Source: an uncultured Myxococcales bacterium
Lineage (GTDB): Bacteria; Myxococcota_A; UBA9042
DNA length: 64,000 nucleotides
Assembly: GCA_937910235.1 (NCBI GenBank)
Contig: CALENB010000101.1
Coordinates: 2,098 to 66,097, forward strand
Direction of reading: 5' to 3'
Shown piece after piece: positions 43,963 to 53,086 of this stretch; position 1 is the stretch's first letter, and the number at the start of each line of letters is the position of its first letter. The translations under genes were made by a program, and so were the position numbers. The notes under the pieces were generated by a model. That model saw only the letters and a list, made by a program, of their open reading frames with translations, had not been told where the DNA came from and searched no databases.

Positions 43963-44786
43963 TGCGACCCGTGCGCGCCGGACGCCGCCAAGCGGGCCGG
44001 AGACACGCCCGAACCCGCGTCGCCGGCCTCCTAGGCGCGGCGCTGGTCGGACCGTGGCTGATGGGCGCGATGGCGGCGTCGCCAACCGACCAAGTCGAGC
44101 TGTCGGGTCAGACCGGCCAATACGTCTTCACGCCGGTGTGTAGCTCCCGCGCCATGCAGGTGCGCCACAGCGAAGCGCAGGTCCGCTGGACCCACCGCAC
44201 CCAACCGGACACGGCGTTGGGCGCCACCGTCGTGACGCACCTCGATCTCTATGCCAGCCGCGCCATCAAGCAAGAGCAGGACAACGCCAACGGCCGCGAA
44301 GAGCTGGAGCTCTGGCTGATGCTGCGCGGTCAGGTCGGGCTCGATTGGTCGTGGTTCGGTTTTCGGCTTGGGCTCGGTGGCGGCGGCCTCTGGGACGACG
44401 CTGAGAACGCCGAGCGAGCGAGCGACGACACCTCGACGACGACGGGGACAACGAAGATGGACTGGCAGTGGGTGATCCCCGCGGTGTCCCTGCGCGTCGG
44501 GCCGCAACGCCTCCACGTTCGGCTCGCGATCGCGGATGGGACGTGGCAGCTGCGACCGACCGACCTGACCCTTGGCGTAGGGATCGGCGACGGTGGCGAC
44601 GATCCGGAGGCGCCACGGGATCTCCGAGGGTATCTGGGTGTGGGCGGTGATCTGCGCGACAGCTCGAGCGATCCGTTCTTCTACGCCGGCGCGCGCATGA
44701 ACCTCGTGACGATCAACGTCGGTCTGCAGGGCCGCGTGGGACCAGACGGCTGGTCAGGCGGGCTGTGGCTAGGCCTGCCGCTCTAG
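43963..44786 (+). CDS. Secreted hypothetical protein (possible small beta-barrel)
   Basis: Its start is coupled to the ligase stop (TGATG). It has a signal peptide and G/D-rich alternating segments, with no known motif. Confidence 0.45.
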
Positions 44787-44873
44787 TCGATCTCGCACAC
44801 CGACGGGGTGGTCGAAGACGCCCCAGCAGCCTATCTTGCCGGCAGGTTTTAGCCGCCAGCACACGGAGTCGCC

Positions 44874-45140
44874 ATGCCCCAGGATGCCCTACACGCCAGC
44901 GCCAAAGCCCTCAGCGAGGCGCTAGACGAGAACGACGCGGCGCTCAGCGTGGAGGAGCGCGCGCAGCTCGTCGCGCTGCGAGACGCCCTGACTCAGAAGC
45001 TGGACCGCAAGGATATGGCGCCGGCGCCGGAGCTCACCGGCATCATCGAGCGCGCGATCGCGACGCTCGAGGGATCGCACCCGGACCTCACCGCCGCCCT
45101 CGGAGTCCTGGCGGAGACGCTGAGCGAGCTGGGGATCTGA
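44874..45140 (+). CDS. Small helical protein (88 aa), hypothetical
   Basis: Compact ORF between two co-oriented genes, predicted all-helical. Confidence 0.4.
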   Translation: MPQDALHASAKALSEALDENDAALSVEERAQLVALRDALTQKLDRKDMAPAPELTGIIERAIATLEGSHPDLTAALGVLAETLSELGI

Positions 45141-45145
45141 GCGCC

Positions 45146-46231
45146 ATGACCGCACCCAGCCGATCCACGCACGCCCAGTCCAAATACACGCCGTCCACGC
45201 ACCACCATCGGCCTCTCCTGTGGGCGCTGCTCAGCCTAACGGTCGCCTGCAGCAGCGGCGCAACCGACGCGAACAGCGGCGCTCTTGCCAGGCGAAGCGG
45301 CGACACGGCGCAGGTCTGGGAGGTTGGTGACGGGAGCGGCGACACCACGGCTGGCCTAGTGGATACGGGGCTGACGGACGCGGCTCTGGCCGACTCAGCG
45401 CCCTCCAAGGCGGACGCCGACCCAGATGCGGCCGGGCGCGCGAGTGGCGGCGACGGTTCAGCGGCGACGGCGCTGTGCAGTCACGGCACCGTGATCGTGC
45501 AATGCAGCTACAAGACGGAGGTCCTCAGCATCGGTTTTCCGCTCGATTCGCAGCGCAGCGTGCATTGGCAGCTGCCCCTCGGCGAGGCCCCGACCGGCGG
45601 TTGGCCGTGGGTGCTGATCTTTCAGGGCTCGTTCTTCTCCGCCGACCAAGCCTGGACCGCGACCCCGCTGTCGGCGTTCGGAGCGTTGTATCTGGTCGAG
45701 ACGATCGAGGCGCTACTGGGGGCCGGATACGCCGTGCTGACGCCCGAGGCCGCCGCGAGCGGCACCACATTCTGGAACACCAACGTCATGCCGTGGCGCG
45801 CCGCTTGGTCCAGCTCACCCGACGCCGCCTTGATGAAGGTGCTGTTCGCAGCCGTACAGGCCGGCAAATTCGGGCCGTTGGACCCCAAGCGGCGATTTGC
45901 CGCAGGCGCCTCAAGTGGCGGGTACATGACGAGCCGCATGGCGATCGCCTACCCCGGCACGTTCCGCGCGCTGGCCATCATCGCGGCGGCCTACGCGACT
46001 TGCGCTGGTTCGCTCTGCCTAGTGCCGTCGTTACCGGCCGACCATCCGCCTACGCTGTTCATGCACGGTCAGCTCGACTTGGTGGTGCCACAATGGACCG
46101 CGGAGCTCTACAAGGGCGCTCTGGACAAGCAAGGCACGCCGACGTCCCTGATCAGTGATCCGCTTGGGGGGCACAGCTGGCCGGCGACCGGCGCCAAGGC
46201 GATCCTCGAATTCTTCGGCGAGCATCCGTAG
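45146..46231 (+). CDS. Secreted alpha/beta-hydrolase esterase, LpqC/PHB-depolymerase-like
   Basis: Lipobox (LSLTVACSSG) and a nucleophile elbow GASSGGYM in a secreted esterase layout. The ORF is open from 44765 but the signal peptide starts at 45146. Confidence 0.55.
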   Translation: MTAPSRSTHAQSKYTPSTHHHRPLLWALLSLTVACSSGATDANSGALARRSGDTAQVWEVGDGSGDTTAGLVDTGLTDAALADSAPSKADADPDAAGRASGGDGSAATALCSHGTVIVQCSYKTEVLSIGFPLDSQRSVHWQLPLGEAPTGGWPWVLIFQGSFFSADQAWTATPLSAFGALYLVETIEALLGAGYAVLTPEAAASGTTFWNTNVMPWRAAWSSSPDAALMKVLFAAVQAGKFGPLDPKRRFAAGASSGGYMTSRMAIAYPGTFRALAIIAAAYATCAGSLCLVPSLPADHPPTLFMHGQLDLVVPQWTAELYKGALDKQGTPTSLISDPLGGHSWPATGAKAILEFFGEHP

Positions 46232-46265
46232 CCAAGTCTGCAGACGCGCGAGCGCAGCCGCAATT

Positions 46266-46281
46266 TTGTGCAGCGCAACAA
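46266..46281. promoter_or_regulatory. Predicted PhaR operator copy A: TTGTGCAGCGCAACAA, directly upstream of a TTGACA -35 element
   Basis: Palindromic TTGTGC-N3-GCAACAA. The same motif recurs at 46376, 56621 and 57783. Confidence 0.5.
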
Positions 46282-46375
46282 TTCACAATTGACAGCAGTT
46301 GTTCGGAGAACTACCGTGTCGTCGGCGTTTGAGGACTTGTCTTCTCGCGTCGACAACCACGGTGTCGCGTCCATT

Positions 46376-46390
46376 TTGTGCAGCGCACCA
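46376..46390. promoter_or_regulatory. Predicted PhaR operator copy B: TTGTGCAGCGCACCA, between the putative promoter and the SDR start
   Basis: Half-site TTGTGC-N3-GCAC, 30-50 bp upstream of the SDR start codon. Confidence 0.45.
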
Positions 46391-46438
46391 TAGCCCTCTC
46401 AAGCTGGTTAGCGCCGCTTGGGCGGTCGGAGCAACGAC

Positions 46439-47185
46439 ATGGATTTGAAAGACCTGAAGGTCATCGTCACGGGCGCCGCTAATGGCATGGGCACACATTT
46501 TGCCAATCAGCTCGCGGCCGCAGGTGCCTCCGTCGCGGCGGGGGACATCGACGTTGCCGGACTCGAGCGGCTCGCGCCCGGGATCCACACCCGCCGCCTC
46601 GACGTGACCGACGATGCAGACCTAACGGCCTTTGTTGACTGGGCGGCGGCGCAGATGGGGGGCCTCAATGGCCTCATCAACAACGCGGGCATCATCCGCG
46701 ACGGGTTGTTGGTGCGGAGAGACCGCAAATCTGGCGAGATCACCAAACTGTCGCGGCAGTTTTGGGACGACGTGCTCGCGGTCAACCTCACCGGCGCGAC
46801 CATGATGGTGCGCGAGACGATCGCCAAGATGATCGAGATCGAGCAATTTCCCGGCGTGATCGTCACCCTGTCGTCGATCTCAAGGCACGGCAACGCGGGG
46901 CAGAGCAACTACGTCGCGGCCAAGGCGGCGCTCGCGGCCAACACGCTGACGTGGGCACGGGAGTTCTCGCGATATGGCATCCGCTTTGGCGCGATCGCGC
47001 CAGGGATGGTGGCGACGCCGATGACGGCCGGCATGAATGAGAAGGCGCTCGCGGCGCTGACGGCCCGCATCCCGGTTGGTCGCATCGGGTTGCCTGAGGA
47101 CATCTGGCAAGCGATCCGGTTCGTGCTGGAGTGCGACTATTTCAACGGTCGCACCATCGATGTAGACGGCGGCCTGTCGATGTAG
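46439..47185 (+). CDS. Short-chain dehydrogenase/reductase (FabG/PhaB-like 3-ketoacyl reductase)
   Basis: TGAANGMG Rossmann motif and a YxxxK catalytic segment (NYVAAKAA). Possible acetoacetyl-CoA reductase role given the PHA gene context. An alternative start lies at 46418. Confidence 0.7.
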   Translation: MDLKDLKVIVTGAANGMGTHFANQLAAAGASVAAGDIDVAGLERLAPGIHTRRLDVTDDADLTAFVDWAAAQMGGLNGLINNAGIIRDGLLVRRDRKSGEITKLSRQFWDDVLAVNLTGATMMVRETIAKMIEIEQFPGVIVTLSSISRHGNAGQSNYVAAKAALAANTLTWAREFSRYGIRFGAIAPGMVATPMTAGMNEKALAALTARIPVGRIGLPEDIWQAIRFVLECDYFNGRTIDVDGGLSM

Positions 47186-47201
47186 GGGTCGCCGGGGGTG
47201 A

Positions 47202-48233
47202 TCAGCGGGCGTCGCGCGCAGCCCACCAGCCCGACAGCGCCGGCCACAAGCCCTGAGAAGCTGGCCGCGACACGACCCCGCCGACGTGACTGCCGGGGAG
47301 CTTCCAGACCGCCTTGTCCGTCGACGCCACGACGCCTTCAATGCAGGCGCAATCCTGCCACGGCGCGATGGCGTCCTGCTCAAACACCACGGCGAGGAGG
47401 GGGCAGGCGATCCGACCGAGGTGCACTGGGTTGCCGGTGATGGCCAGCGTGCCCGCCATCAAGGCGTTCTGCCGATAGAGCTCGTCGAGGTACCGCTTGA
47501 AGAAGTGGCCGGGCAGCGAGACGTTGTCGCTCGACCAGGTCTCCAGGGCGAGATACCCGGCCAAGAACCGGTCATTCCAAGCCCTGTCGATCAGGTTGAC
47601 GGCCTTGGCTAGCTTGAGCGTGGGTCGCAGCATCTGAAAGCTCCCCTCGAGCAGTTGCCACGGCATCAGACCAAAAGCGGCGGTGATGGCTCCCACGTCA
47701 AAATCCGGCGAGCGCGTCCATGCGCCCAACAACCCGTCGCCGTGAAATTGCATCGGCGCGGCGAGGTTGCAGACCGAGGCGACATGGGTCGCGTCGAGCG
47801 CGGCCTGGATGACGGTGAAGATGCCACCCATGCAGTACCCCAGCAGGTGGGTTTGGCGCCGGGCGCTGCTGCGGGCGACGATGCGCACGCATCGGGGCAG
47901 ATAGACGCCGCAGAGCTCGTCAAAATCAACAAACCGATCCTCGGCCTGCGGGGTGCCCCAGTCGATGATCCAGACGTCATGGCCCGCCGCAACAAGGAAC
48001 TCGACGAAGCTCTTGCCTGGCATCAAATCCAGGATGTAGTGGCGGTTGATGAGCGAGGGCACCAGCAAAATCGGCGTGGCGAAGGCGAGTCCTTCGGGCC
48101 GCGGGCGGTAACGCAGCAGGCGCAGCTTGTTCTCGCGGTGGATCACGTCCGACGGGGTGCCGCCCACGTGGGGCTTGGGTCGCCGCTTCAAAGTGACTAG
48201 GTTTTTCAGCCGCGCAAAGCCCTTGTCGCCCAC
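47202..48233 (-). CDS. phaC: PHA synthase catalytic subunit, class III/IV-like paralog (PhaC2)
   Basis: Shares ILLVPSLINRHYILDL, AGHDVWIIDWG and the GYCMGG lipase-box (Cys nucleophile) motifs with the PhaC at 58367. Confidence 0.7.
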   Translation of the reverse strand: MGDKGFARLKNLVTLKRRPKPHVGGTPSDVIHRENKLRLLRYRPRPEGLAFATPILLVPSLINRHYILDLMPGKSFVEFLVAAGHDVWIIDWGTPQAEDRFVDFDELCGVYLPRCVRIVARSSARRQTHLLGYCMGGIFTVIQAALDATHVASVCNLAAPMQFHGDGLLGAWTRSPDFDVGAITAAFGLMPWQLLEGSFQMLRPTLKLAKAVNLIDRAWNDRFLAGYLALETWSSDNVSLPGHFFKRYLDELYRQNALMAGTLAITGNPVHLGRIACPLLAVVFEQDAIAPWQDCACIEGVVASTDKAVWKLPGSHVGGVVSRPASQGLWPALSGWWAARDAR

Positions 48234-48256
48234 AACCTGCCTCCGAGTAGCCAGCG

Positions 48257-49951
48257 TTACGCGTACATCGCCGCAAACGTCTCGGCAAACATCTGATGAA
48301 CCTGCCGGCGCCTCACCTTGAGCGTCGCCGTCAGCAGCCCAGACTCGATCGTCAGCGGGCTGTGGATCACCTCAAAGCGCTTAATGGTCTCGTGACGCGC
48401 CAGCCCGGCGTTCACGGCCGCGATGCGCCGCTCGACCTCTTCTCGCAGCAGCGCTCGGACCTGGGCTTCGGACAGGTCGACCGGCTTTGCGCCCCGAAAT
48501 GCGGCCTCTGCGAGCGGATCGAGCCAGACGCCAGCCGTCAGAAAACGCCGACCGTCGCCGAAGAGCACGAGGTGTCCGACCAGATCGTCGTCCGCAAAAC
48601 GCAGCTCCACATTCGCCGGCGGCACGTTCTTGCCGCTCGCGAGCACAAAGATGTCCTTCTTTCGGTCGATGATCTGAAGAAAACCGTCCTCGGTGAACCG
48701 CCCCACGTCGCCCGTGCACAGCCAGCCATCGTCGGTGAACGCTGCGGCCGTCGCCTCCGGGTCCTTGTGGTAACCCGCGAAGATGTTGGGTCCGCGCGCC
48801 AAGATCTCGCCATCGTCGGCGAGGCGGAGCGCCACCGACGGCAGCGGCCGCCCCACCGAATCGAAACGGAACGCGTCTGGCCGGTTGAGCGTCAGCGTCG
48901 GCGACGCCTCGGTGAGACCGTACCCTTCGATGATCAGCAGACCGTTGCGATGAAAGAACTGCTTCACCGCGACGCTCAGCCCTGCGCCACCCGAGAGCAG
49001 AAAGTGGAAGCGACCACCGGTCAGCTCGCCGAGCCGCTGCGCTTGGGCCGCCTCGTCGCCCGCCTTCATCGCAAACGACGCGAGCTTCTCGAAGACCGCC
49101 GGCACGCTCATGAAGACGGTGGGCCGCACTTCGGGCAGGTGCTTGAAGAGGTCAATCGGCTCACACAGCCAGGTCTCGAAGCCCAACGTGTTGCCCAGGC
49201 ACGCCTCGCCAAAGCCGAAGATATGGCTCATCGGCAGCCACAGCAGATCGACATCGGGGGCCTCGCCATCGGGATCAGCGAGCATCGTGGCGTTGCACTG
49301 CAACCAGTCTCGGCCGTTGCTCGCGACGTTGAGGTGGGTCAGGGGCACGCCCTTGGGTAGCCCCGAGGTGCCCGACGTGTAGAGCATCACGGCGCCGTCC
49401 TCGAGGGAGATGGCGTCGAGGAGCCGGCCGATAGCGCCTGTGTCCTCGCCGTGCAGCGCCGCGCCGATCTCAAGCGCTTCGGAGAGGTTGTGCGCCGCCA
49501 GGGCGGGGCCGGTGGCGGCGCCGTCGAAACGCACCACCTGTGGCGGCGTGGGCAGCGGCGCCAGCGCCTCGTGCAGCTTGTCGGCGAGCGGGTCCGTCGC
49601 CACAAACACAAAACTGGCGTCGCTATGACCCACCACGTGCCGCACCTGCTCAGCGGTGCAGCTCGCATACACCGGCACCATCACGCCACCCGCTGCCTGG
49701 ATAGCCAGCGCGGCCGTCATCCATTGCACGCTGTTTGGCGCCAAAATCGCCGCCCGATCACCCCGCTGCAGGCCCGCTGCGCGCAGCCAGAGGGCGAGAT
49801 GCTGAATGTCTGCGGCGAAGGCCCCCCAGGTCACGTCGCGCCAGCCATCGCCGTCGGGGACGTGAAAACGCACCCGTTCGCTGCGGGAGGGCAGCGCGTC
49901 AAAGACGATGCAAGGCGCCGGCTTGGGGGCGAGGTAGGGCGTAGGATCCAT
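48257..49951 (-). CDS. AMP-dependent acyl-CoA synthetase/ligase embedded in the PhaC2 operon
   Basis: LYTSGTSGLPKGV AMP-binding motif. Gaps of 3 nt and 23 nt to its flanking genes imply one transcript. Confidence 0.75.
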   Translation of the reverse strand: MDPTPYLAPKPAPCIVFDALPSRSERVRFHVPDGDGWRDVTWGAFAADIQHLALWLRAAGLQRGDRAAILAPNSVQWMTAALAIQAAGGVMVPVYASCTAEQVRHVVGHSDASFVFVATDPLADKLHEALAPLPTPPQVVRFDGAATGPALAAHNLSEALEIGAALHGEDTGAIGRLLDAISLEDGAVMLYTSGTSGLPKGVPLTHLNVASNGRDWLQCNATMLADPDGEAPDVDLLWLPMSHIFGFGEACLGNTLGFETWLCEPIDLFKHLPEVRPTVFMSVPAVFEKLASFAMKAGDEAAQAQRLGELTGGRFHFLLSGGAGLSVAVKQFFHRNGLLIIEGYGLTEASPTLTLNRPDAFRFDSVGRPLPSVALRLADDGEILARGPNIFAGYHKDPEATAAAFTDDGWLCTGDVGRFTEDGFLQIIDRKKDIFVLASGKNVPPANVELRFADDDLVGHLVLFGDGRRFLTAGVWLDPLAEAAFRGAKPVDLSEAQVRALLREEVERRIAAVNAGLARHETIKRFEVIHSPLTIESGLLTATLKVRRRQVHQMFAETFAAMYA

Positions 49952-49954
49952 CGC

Positions 49955-50422
49955 TCAAAGCTCCTTGCTGCGCTTCTTGGAGGCCGGTTTTGCGGCCGGT
50001 TTTGCCGTCGGTTGGGCGTCAGGCTGTGCGGTCGGCTGTGCGGTCGGCTGTGCCGCCGCTGTGACGGCTCGCACCGTCTGCAGGGCCTCGATCAGCACCG
50101 CGTCGCGCTCGGCTAAGGCGCTGACCAAGGTTCGGATCTCGTCTCGCTGCACCGCGAGCTGCTCCTCCAAGTCCATCATCCGGCTGCCGAGCTGATGCAC
50201 CTCGTGCAGCATCCGCTCCTGGTCCCGCTTCACGGCCACGCCCGCCTGCCCCCACAGGGTCGCCGATTGGTGGTCGGCCTTGGCCTTGGCCTTCGCAGCC
50301 GCGGTGAGCATGGCGCCAGCGGGGCCGAGCAACATGGGGCTCTTCATCACCTGTTCCATCCACGTCGCCGTAGCGTTCTCCCATGCGTCGAAGCCGCCTT
50401 TCCAGGTTTTCCAGGTGTCCAT
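49955..50422 (-). CDS. Small Trp-rich/coiled-coil protein, putative PHA synthase partner subunit (PhaE/PhaR-subunit-like) or phasin
   Basis: 155 aa. The N-terminal W-x2-W-x6-W segment and C-terminal coiled coil resemble the 147-aa protein upstream of phaC at 57924. It is the first gene of the PhaC2 operon. Confidence 0.4.
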   Translation of the reverse strand: MDTWKTWKGGFDAWENATATWMEQVMKSPMLLGPAGAMLTAAAKAKAKADHQSATLWGQAGVAVKRDQERMLHEVHQLGSRMMDLEEQLAVQRDEIRTLVSALAERDAVLIEALQTVRAVTAAAQPTAQPTAQPDAQPTAKPAAKPASKKRSKEL

Positions 50423-50522
50423 GTTCGCTCCTTGTGGCTAGTAGTCGTCGGTGAACGGGTGTCGTCGGTGCTGTCTTGTTGTCGGTGATGGCTTGTCGTC
50501 GCGGTGTAAAACCAAGTGCCTG

Positions 50523-50568
50523 GCGCCGCCCTCAGCCGCCAGCTCGCGCTCACAAGCTGAGGCGGCGC
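50523..50568 (-). terminator. GC-rich hairpin (13-bp stem, 19-nt loop) overlapping the 3' end of the lipoprotein gene
   Basis: GCGCCGCCCTCAGC ... GCTGAGGCGGCGC. It separates the 5-gene operon from the PhaE-like operon. Confidence 0.35.
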
Positions 50569-51473
50569 AGCTCCGAGGCGGTCTCAAAGTCAGCTTTCGT
50601 CTCATTTCTCAGGCTCGTGGCCCGCGCCACCTCCCCGAGGCACTCGAATAGAAACGACACCTGCTGCTCGGTGATCGTCGGCCCGATCGCGGGCGTGATG
50701 GTCAGCTTGGTCCGCACGCGGAGGGTCTGGGTCAATGTCAGGTCCGGTAGCTCGAGCCGGCCGGTGGCGTCGACCGAGACCTCGTACGTGTCCTCGCCGA
50801 TCCACGGCAGACCGTAGAGCTTGCCGTTCGACACCTTGCCCTTCGAGGTCCAGGAGCGCCCTTTCTCGAGCGGAAAGCGCAGCACAGCCACGGGCTGCTG
50901 GTACACGAGCAGCGACTGGCCATCAGCCGGCGACTCCTCGCGGGAGGCCGTGCCCAGCAACCACAAGCCCTGAACATCGCGGCGGTAGACGGCGTCGAAG
51001 CGGCCGCCCGCATCCAGCCCTACGGTGAAGGCGTCCGCGGCGAAGTGCGCTGCGTACCAGCGCCCAGAGACCGGCGTCGCGGTGAAGCTCGCGAGTCGAT
51101 CGGTGCTGCTGCGTTCAGACCAATCCCACACCTGCTGGCCTTTGTCGTTGACGAAGCCCTTGAGGTCGACGGGCACGTGCAGCTCCGCCGGGCTGACCCG
51201 AAACCTCGCCGGGATCCCCATGGCGGCGACGAGCTCGGAGGCGTCGATGTGCCCGTCGAGGTTCGGAATGCAGGCGGGCCCGTTCCCCACCGCGGGCACA
51301 TACGGCAACAGCGGCCCGGCTTGCCCATTCTCGGCGGCACAGGCACAGGCGATGAGGCACCCCAGGGCGACCGCGACGCGGGAGCGCGCCGCCACGCCGC
51401 GATCGAGCCGGATTTGCGGGCTGTTGGCGGGTCGCGACCGCTGCGGGTTTATCATCAGGGGCTCGTGGCGCAT
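50550..51473 (-). CDS. Lipoprotein, paralog of 53991-55043, conserved C-terminal DFETASELRRL tail
   Basis: Lipobox (ALGCLIACAC). Aligns along its length with the other lipoprotein. An alternative longer start at 51521 would overlap the upstream gene. Confidence 0.55.
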   Translation of the reverse strand: MRHEPLMINPQRSRPANSPQIRLDRGVAARSRVAVALGCLIACACAAENGQAGPLLPYVPAVGNGPACIPNLDGHIDASELVAAMGIPARFRVSPAELHVPVDLKGFVNDKGQQVWDWSERSSTDRLASFTATPVSGRWYAAHFAADAFTVGLDAGGRFDAVYRRDVQGLWLLGTASREESPADGQSLLVYQQPVAVLRFPLEKGRSWTSKGKVSNGKLYGLPWIGEDTYEVSVDATGRLELPDLTLTQTLRVRTKLTITPAIGPTITEQQVSFLFECLGEVARATSLRNETKADFETASELRRLSL

Positions 51474-51484
51474 CGATCGTTCCC

Positions 51485-53086
51485 TCAGAAAGTGTACTGC
51501 AGCGTCAGCCGCGCCAACCACGCAGACTTGGCTTGTAGCCCAGCGGCTGGATTATCCAGGCCCGACAGTGGCAGCAGCCACGCGCCCTGGAGTGCGGCGA
51601 TGAAGCCGTCACGGCTCTCGTAACGGATGGTGGGATCGATCTCGACACCCAAGGGTCGTGTGCCGCCCGGCGTCGATTGGGCCTCGACCGCCCAGGCCGC
51701 GACGGCAGCGAGGTCGAGCTGCAACGTGCCCGCGCCGAAGTCTGCGACGCGGTGATGCACGTGCGGCCGCAGGTAGATCGCGTCGGTCACGCGCCCGAGC
51801 AGCTCGCGGAACAGGATGCGATCGACGCGGTAGTCCGAGTGAAAGCGAAAGTTGTCGATCCGCGTGTCCGCCGGCGGGCTCGCCTGGGGACCGTCGAGCT
51901 CGCCCGGCTGCGGGTAGCCTGCGCCCACGGGCTGGGCCGCGCCGAACCCCGGGGCCGGGTCGCCGCTGGCGTAGCCTGCGTCCAGCCCGCCACCGAAACC
52001 CTGCTTCGGGTCGCCGAAGTCGGTCTGGAGCGCCGCGCCGATCTGCAGCGACTCGACGGGATCCCGATAGAGGGCGCCCGGCAGGAGCGTGCCCTGCTCA
52101 ACGGTGCCGGAGAGCACCGCGGCTTCGACCTCGACGCGAAACCGCGCGCCGCGCCATCGCAACCAGAGGTCACCGGCGAGCGCCGAGAAGTTGCGCGGCA
52201 CCACCGAGGCCGAGGTCAGCGCGCCCGACGCGGACTGGCTCGGGTCGACGTTCGGCAGCCAGCTCGCCGGTACATCCAGCTCCTGGGTGCGGCGCGACAG
52301 CCACAACCCAGCGTCGAGGGTGGTGCGGCCAGCCCGAGCTCGACGCGCGAACGTGGTCTCATCGGCGAAACGCAGCACGGCGAACGTGATGGTTCGCACG
52401 TCATCCCGAGGATCGAGGTCGATGGTGCGGCCGGGCGCGGTCCGCGCGACCTGCGGTCCCGTCGCCGAGAAGTCGTAGGCGAGCGCCCAGATGAGCCCGG
52501 CGATGGGGGTCACAAACGCGATGCGGTCGGCGGCGTCTCCCGTGTCGCTCTCCATGCCATCGCCGCCGTGGGTCAAGATCCCCAGCCCCCAATGGCTGCC
52601 CATGCGCCCCGCAGCCAGCACGCCGAACGGGGTGACGGTCTCGGCCCACACGCGACGAAGCCGGATCTGCGCGCTCTCAGGCGCCTGCCCCGTTGCGCCG
52701 AGCGGCGCGCCGTCAGGGCTGGCGCCGAGGCCCGTGCCGTCCATGACGTCCAGCCGCATGTGAATGGCCAGACCGCCGCGCGGCGCGAAGATCGACAAGT
52801 CCGTGCGCAGCCGCATGTCGGCGTGGGTCAGCATCGCGGCTGTGGGGTCGGACAGCGGCACGGGGAAGAACATGCGCCCAGAGGGGGTCGGTCCGCGGTC
52901 CAGATCCAGGTTGTTGAGCGCTTCGCCCCGCAGCCGCAGCGCGCCATGCACCTCGACAGCGGTCGTCGCGCGATCGTGCAGGCCTTGTCCTAGCTGCGTG
53001 AAGGTCTCTGCGGCGGTCGCAGGCGCCACGATGCCGCTCGCCAGCAAGGTTGTAGACGCCCAGAGCGCCAGCGTTGTCGCCCTCAT
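51485..53086 (-). CDS. Outer-membrane beta-barrel protein (FadL/porin-like), hypothetical
   Basis: Signal peptide (TLLASGIVAPATAAE), alternating beta-strand pattern and a C-terminal aromatic residue (LTLQYTF). Start overlaps the hydrolase stop by 4 nt. Confidence 0.5.
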   Translation of the reverse strand: MRATTLALWASTTLLASGIVAPATAAETFTQLGQGLHDRATTAVEVHGALRLRGEALNNLDLDRGPTPSGRMFFPVPLSDPTAAMLTHADMRLRTDLSIFAPRGGLAIHMRLDVMDGTGLGASPDGAPLGATGQAPESAQIRLRRVWAETVTPFGVLAAGRMGSHWGLGILTHGGDGMESDTGDAADRIAFVTPIAGLIWALAYDFSATGPQVARTAPGRTIDLDPRDDVRTITFAVLRFADETTFARRARAGRTTLDAGLWLSRRTQELDVPASWLPNVDPSQSASGALTSASVVPRNFSALAGDLWLRWRGARFRVEVEAAVLSGTVEQGTLLPGALYRDPVESLQIGAALQTDFGDPKQGFGGGLDAGYASGDPAPGFGAAQPVGAGYPQPGELDGPQASPPADTRIDNFRFHSDYRVDRILFRELLGRVTDAIYLRPHVHHRVADFGAGTLQLDLAAVAAWAVEAQSTPGGTRPLGVEIDPTIRYESRDGFIAALQGAWLLPLSGLDNPAAGLQAKSAWLARLTLQYTF

